Both the position numbers and the translations under genes were made by a program. Positions 59,182 through 64,000 of a stretch of DNA of 64,000 nucleotides are shown here, one piece after another (position 1 is the first letter of the stretch; each line of letters begins with the position of its first letter). This stretch comes from Diplonema japonicum (Eukaryota > Protista > Euglenozoa: Diplonemea): positions 930,001-994,000 of the forward strand of contig OZ025649.1 of assembly GCA_964019335.1 (NCBI GenBank). The letters are read 5' to 3'. Below the pieces are notes generated by a model. It had not been told where the DNA came from and did not search any database. It saw nothing but the letters and a program-made list of their open reading frames with translations.

Positions 59182-61095
59182 ATGAAAAGGGTGCTTCAAA
59201 GACTGCCATACGTGCGATATTGCACCACCAGAGATGATGAATGCGTGTTGGATGAGGTAGCTTTGGGTTTGGATGAGCTTGATTTAAGCAAGCCGACGAG
59301 GACAGTGGAGCACAGACTGAGCACGAAATCAAGGCATGCTCCCAGAAGGTGGCCGGGCTTCATGACTGCTGCTGTAGACACAGAAGCCCCGTTGATACCA
59401 CGGCACATTAACAGCTACTCTACGATCCCTTCGACGTGGGTGGAGTTTCAGGATCAGAGCGATGAGGTTGCAAAGACACTCTCTGGTGTTCCAGAAGCTG
59501 ACCCCGGATGGAAGGAGGAGGCCCGCAAGAGGTTTGCCTTGATAAAGAGTGAGAGAAGTCCTTCAGTGCTTGATGCTGTTAATTACATCACTCCGGAGAC
59601 TGCATTTAAGATTGCAAGAAGGGTGTCGAGGAGAGTGTGCTATCACGCTGGCAGCGTGCATTCGTCAAGGGGTTGGGGGGCTCTCACTAGGTTGAAGCGC
59701 TCAAAGAGCGGTGTTTATGTCTCTGACAGCTGGGTGCAGGCCGTACAGGTGTACTGCATGCTCCTCGAAGCTGGTGTTCCGTGCAACTTGTCTACAAAGC
59801 AAATCTGCAGGAGGCAGCTGCACGCGCGCCACACCGTATCTACCCTTGATGAGGTGGATTACCAGACGAAGGTGGATGTGGGTGTTCTTGACAATGGTGA
59901 TCGTGCTGCAGACATTGTTGATGGGCATCTTTATACTGCTGCACTTATGGGACTTCCAGCAAGGGAGTTTCACGTCCTTGGCTGTCGGGAAGGAATGCCT
60001 ATGATCCGGCAGTTGTCAGAGGCTTGTGGTGACAGGTTTTTGACACGGGGATACGAAGACCCAGTACAAGATGTCGGTGTTGTGCAGAGCACATCCGATG
60101 TAATCGACCTAGGCGACGTGGTGGTCGTGGACAGTGCTTCCACGGCACAGCTTCTACGAACGTTGAAACACTCATGCGGTGTGATTCATGCAGCCATGTC
60201 TCGTGATTTGCTTGTATCTCAGGTGCAGGCTTTCCATGATAAAAAGGTTGATGTCCTTCTCGCCGATGTTGATATTCTGTCGAGTTCTGCACTCTTCTTG
60301 AGGGCTTCGCGAATGGTGGTTCCAGATGAGATGCATGGGCACTCTAAGCTTCATATGGTATGGAGGTAACATATATCAGCTCTTTCAGGTTGTGGGGCGG
60401 TGTGAGCATGTGGTCATTACGGATGCAGTGGCACGGGAGTTGAGTGACAGGAATTCTATTCTACTTTTCAGAGCAGGTATGAAACATGAATGATGTCATC
60501 ACCCGCTCAGGGATACTGCCTACTCCTAGTCACCTCGTAGCTCTCTATGAAGGGTTACAGCAGGGAGAGCTTCCCGATGTTGATGTGATACCCGCGGGAA
60601 ACCCAGTTTCACAAATACTCTCGCTCTTCAGCAGATTAGTTCTTCTAGACACGAGCAGGTTCTTTATATGTGACACACTGAAGCAGGAGAAGGTTGGTGA
60701 GTTGATAGGCCCACTCAGAGGTCTTTCTTGGATCGATGCCTGGGTTTTCTGCAACTTACCCGTCAGCTCACAGATGCTTTCATCATCAGGCATTGTAGAC
60801 ATGTTGAGCACATGTATCACAAGGCATGCTGCGGGTGTTGCTTGCTTGCCTCCCCCGAGCGACCCTCTTACTGTGTATGGTGCTTCTTCGTTTTCAGAGG
60901 TATTCCATTTCATATATTTCACACCTTCATTCACAATAGGCATGTGAGTCTCTGATGCAGCAGCACATTTTGTACTATCACTTATCGCAGCGGTTTCCTG
61001 ATTCTTTTCCTCACATCAAAGAGGTCTTCCGAACTGTTGACTACCTGACAAAGCTTCTCATGCGAGAGTTGTCAAAGCTCAACAGGCTAAAATAG
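59182..61095 (+). CDS. SUV3-like mitochondrial RNA helicase paralogue with degenerate ATPase motifs; 4 exons
   Basis: ALMGLPAREFHVLG, GVPCNL, AGILPT, LYYHLSQRFPDSF match SUV3 landmarks; introns 60358..60388, 60477..60510, 60900..60939. Confidence 0.75.
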
Positions 61096-61145
61096 CTTTA
61101 CACCTTATCCAGGCTATGTAGCAACAATAAGCCCTACAGTAACAC

Positions 61146-61901
61146 ATGGCTATAACATGGCAGGAGCTTCGTGACTGTTACGGCATTGGAAAGAGGGCAG
61201 AAGGTAGGTTTTTGAGAGGCGATGTTGTGTACAGGCACAGCAAGAGTTGGCCGAGTTCAAAGCAGGTAAAGTTGATCGATGCTGATGGTTGTTGTGCCGC
61301 TGTTTTTTTCTACCTTCCCGATCTTCCTGAGCCCTTTCACTATGACATGGTGCAGCCAGGAAGGGGCATTGAAATACACAACCCAAGGCTCCACAAGTTC
61401 CTGGATCACCAGGAAGGACTTCGTGTAGAGGAGAACGACAAGGTAGTGTTGCTTCAGCAAGATGACGAAGGACAAGAAGGCCGATACGCTGCTGGTCTGA
61501 AGGGTTTGGGTAACAGGTACTACCACGATAAGGAGTACCAGCTTGCGATCGATACGTACAGGATGAGCATGGAGTATTGCTCTCGGGATGCTGGGGCACG
61601 CTTAGCATGCCACTTGAACATGTCTGCATGTGCGTTAGCACTACAGAAATACTCCGGTGCAGACACAGAGTGCCAGAAGGCAATCGCTATCGACCCATAC
61701 TCGACGAAGGCACACTACAGGTCGGCCTTAGCAGCGAGGGGGAATAACGACACAGCCAAGGCGTTGAGTTGCTTTGAGAAGGCATATAAGCTTTCACCAA
61801 AGGATCCACTCATCGCCAAGGCCTATCAGCAAGCACAGAGAGAGTACATGCAGCAGAAGAAAAGAGAGCAGCAGGTTTGGGGAGGCGTCTTTAACAAGTA
61901 G
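61146..61901 (+). CDS. TPR protein (FKBP/Hsp90 co-chaperone-type TPR) with N-terminal beta (OB-like) domain
   Basis: KGLGNRYY, CHLNMSAC, KAHYRSALA, C-term KKREQQVWGGVF; N-term HKFLDHQEGLRVE. Confidence 0.8.
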   Translation: MAITWQELRDCYGIGKRAEGRFLRGDVVYRHSKSWPSSKQVKLIDADGCCAAVFFYLPDLPEPFHYDMVQPGRGIEIHNPRLHKFLDHQEGLRVEENDKVVLLQQDDEGQEGRYAAGLKGLGNRYYHDKEYQLAIDTYRMSMEYCSRDAGARLACHLNMSACALALQKYSGADTECQKAIAIDPYSTKAHYRSALAARGNNDTAKALSCFEKAYKLSPKDPLIAKAYQQAQREYMQQKKREQQVWGGVFNK

Positions 61902-61983
61902 CCATAAGACCACTTTAATACTTAGCTATACTTCATCTTATGATACATCTGCAAAGCTCTTCCAGGTCATATGCTCGTTGGGA

Positions 61984-63639
61984 ATGTTTTCTGTATGTGT
62001 AGCGGCAGATGTTGAGAATGTGAAGCACAATTTCGAGCTTCGCTTCGACGCTTGTCCTACTTTGGAAGCCTTGAGAGACCGCACAGAGAGGGTGTACAAC
62101 AGCGAGTTTAAAGGAATTGGATTCAGTGTGAACAGATGGCACATCTTCAAAGATGACTGCAATGAGTGGGTGACACTACAAGACGAAAGCCAGCTTTCCG
62201 ATCAATGCCAGCTCTATGCATTTCAGCTGAACTGGAAGTCTGAGTCGCAGGCTCACATACCTCCTCCGCTTCAGTTCAGCGAATCTGCCCACTTAGAAGA
62301 CAGGGCAACTGCAATCTTCATGGACTTTGATACCACTGCTAAGGGGTACCTCACATTCGACGACGTCGTGAGTGGTTTGGAGAAGCTTGAGGTACCTTTC
62401 CCCGTGCAGCAGATCGAGAGCATGTTCACAAAAGCCGATCTTAACCAGGATAGTCTCCTGTGTCTTACGGTATGTGACCCTGGTTAATGATCGCAGCAGG
62501 AATGGAGTACGTGGATGAATTCTTATAAAACTCTTTGTGACGGTGTCTACTACAGGAGTCAGGAGTATGAGCACACAACGAAGATATCACTTCAGCTATT
62601 GGGAGGACGTGAGGCTGCAGCAAGAGCTTGCTTTGATGGCAGTGGAGTTGGAAGAGATGAGAAAGGCAGAGCACAGGGCAGTGGTGTACTTTCTAAAGGT
62701 GCAGCAGTCTGTACAGTGCCAGGAAGAGCAATGTGAGTTACGCGCAAAGGTGTGCTTGATACTAAGTTTCATTCATAAGCAGGCAGTTTCTGATTCCGTT
62801 CACCGCAGCGAGCTCTTGCAGCAAGAGCTAGAAGAAACAAGGAGGGGTATCAGAGACTTAGAGGGCCGTGTACGGGGGTCTTCACAAGATTTGGGGGGCA
62901 AGATAACATCTCACCAAGAGGACGCCACAAATTGCGTACAGGAGGTAGAAATCTGTTGTAAGCAGCTTGAGAAGGCTAGTTCCGGGGTGGAACGGGCAGT
63001 GCAGTTCTTGCACGATAAAGAGGTGAAACATAGTAATGCAAAAGACGAGTTGATGGACATCGAAAAAGAACTGGGGCATATGAAGGACAAGGTGGGTGCT
63101 CTGGAGGTTGAAGAAGCTGGGAGGTCTTCCGTCACGTCAGTCGGAGACATGGCGGTGTTCGAGGCACAGCTTCAGTTTGCAGACGGTGTTGTTCTTAAGT
63201 TGCAGAGTGCTTTGGCAACGGAGCAGGAGGTGTACAGGGTATGCTCTTTTCTTTAACTTTACTTCTTCGCCAGGCATGCTCGCATGATCGGCAGAGGTGC
63301 CACTACAGTGTGAGGTCCGAGTCCGACCTGCTGCTCCTTCACGAGCAGAACGAGGAAAAGGCCAAGGAGGTGGAAATTGGCCTGTCAGCTGAGGTGAGGA
63401 ATGCTGAGAAGCGGCTATCTCGCTGTGAGGCAGCGCAGAAAGACGCCCTGGCTGAGACGTGTGATGTAGTGCAGAACAACTTGCTTGTCAATCGAGAGAT
63501 CAGTCTAAAGTCGCAGAAGGCACAGTTGGCAGTACAGGTATTACGGGTTTGCGGATTTTTCATGCAATGACATTAGGAAGCGGCTTTGTTGGCAGGGCAG
63601 TCAGTTTTCTCAGATGGCTCTTTTCGGTCAGTACGATAG
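61984..63639 (+). CDS. BILBO1: BILBO1-family flagellar-pocket-collar protein (N-terminal domain, EF-hands, coiled coil); 6 exons
   Basis: VAADVENVKHNFELRF..PT, WVTL...QLSDQCQLYAFQ..W..ESQAHIPP; EF-hands DTTAKG, DLNQDS; introns start 62470, 62565, 62750, 63239, 63538. Confidence 0.85.
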
Positions 63640-63743
63640 GTGCTGGCACATCGCGCATCGGGCATGGCTCGTAGATTAGATTGTACTAACTTACTCAGTT
63701 TATTTTGATTCCTCTGCTATATATATACGATATCACAGGGATA

Positions 63744-64000
63744 ATGAATAGGTACAACTCTTCTGTGAGCGGTACACAGATTGTTCAGGCTTACGCGGCA
63801 AAGAGAGCAGCGCAGCTTGAGCATGCGAGGTTGCTGAAGGTTGAGAGAGACAAGAAGAAGGGGAATGACGATGCGCTGTCGGAGCAGCCTGTCAATGCCT
63901 ACACAACCCAGAGTACAGAGAGGTCTCTGTCACGGGATCCCACCACGTCTAACCCAATCACTAGAACAGTCAAGCCCTCCCCCCAAACTCCCAAACCTTC
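63744..64000 (+). CDS. 5' part of a hypothetical protein (runs off window)
   Basis: ATG after tatcacag; open frame MNRYNSSVSGTQIVQAYAAKRAAQLEHARLLK... Confidence 0.65.
   Translation, partial: MNRYNSSVSGTQIVQAYAAKRAAQLEHARLLKVERDKKKGNDDALSEQPVNAYTTQSTERSLSRDPTTSNPITRTVKPSPQTPKP

Larger units (their letters stand above)
1..64000 (+). other. Unidirectional (polycistronic-type) gene cluster with putative trans-splice acceptors
   Basis: All credible genes on +; ATGs typically 2-12 nt after CAG (1206, 19907, 22960, 45585, 50635, 63738); spacers often 50-90 nt. Confidence 0.8.

Noticed and set aside
1213-61095. A physical cluster of mitochondrial RNA-processing genes (TrmB-like, PPR, TUTase, SUV3-like)
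   Set aside because: Dispersed over 60 kb among unrelated genes; polycistronic units in euglenozoans are generally not functionally grouped
2527-63639. Programmed frameshifting, stop-codon reassignment or pseudogenisation as the cause of overlapping, fragmented ORFs
   Set aside because: Each break examined is resolved in frame by a canonical GT-AG micro-intron; all three stop codons terminate genes normally
1-64000. Prokaryotic operon or phage interpretation of the co-directional dense genes
   Set aside because: Introns and eukaryote-specific genes (TRAPPC8, RPAP3, BILBO1, STIMATE); no functional operon logic or Shine-Dalgarno pattern

Overview
Eukaryotic nuclear DNA from a euglenozoan, most likely a diplonemid. 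The evidence is a clear BILBO1 homologue, a kinetoplastid-type TUT4/RET2-like TUTase, and spliceosomal introns that are abundant, unlike in kinetoplastids. About 36 protein genes lie head-to-tail, all on the + strand, usually 50-120 nt apart, and most ATGs sit a few nt after a T-rich/AC-rich ...CAG. This fits one polycistronic, trans-spliced transcription unit. The apparent frameshifts and ORF breaks are explained by roughly 65-70 GT-AG micro-introns, which I placed by hand; they are mostly 31-37 nt with donor GTATG. Recognisable products include phosphonopyruvate decarboxylase, HIT hydrolase, rhodanese, WDR82/Swd2, TRAPPC8, two MFS transporters, a class-3 lipase, a PPR protein, a ~4,245-aa LamG/PAN/NHL/EGF surface protein, cyclophilin, a TUTase, a BBS10-like chaperonin, RPAP3, a histidine phosphatase, STIMATE, a KH/Zn-finger protein, homoserine dehydrogenase, kelch and TPR proteins, and BILBO1. 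The most notable observations are three: (i) the one long intron and the longer spacers are filled with fold-back RNA structure that could restore a near-constant effective length; (ii) three apparently catalytically dead, mitochondrion-targeted enzyme paralogues (TrmB, class I peroxidase, SUV3); (iii) a mitochondrial TUTase that is a candidate for U-appendage editing. No tRNA, rRNA, CRISPR or transposon was recognised. Family calls rest on recalled motifs, not database searches.
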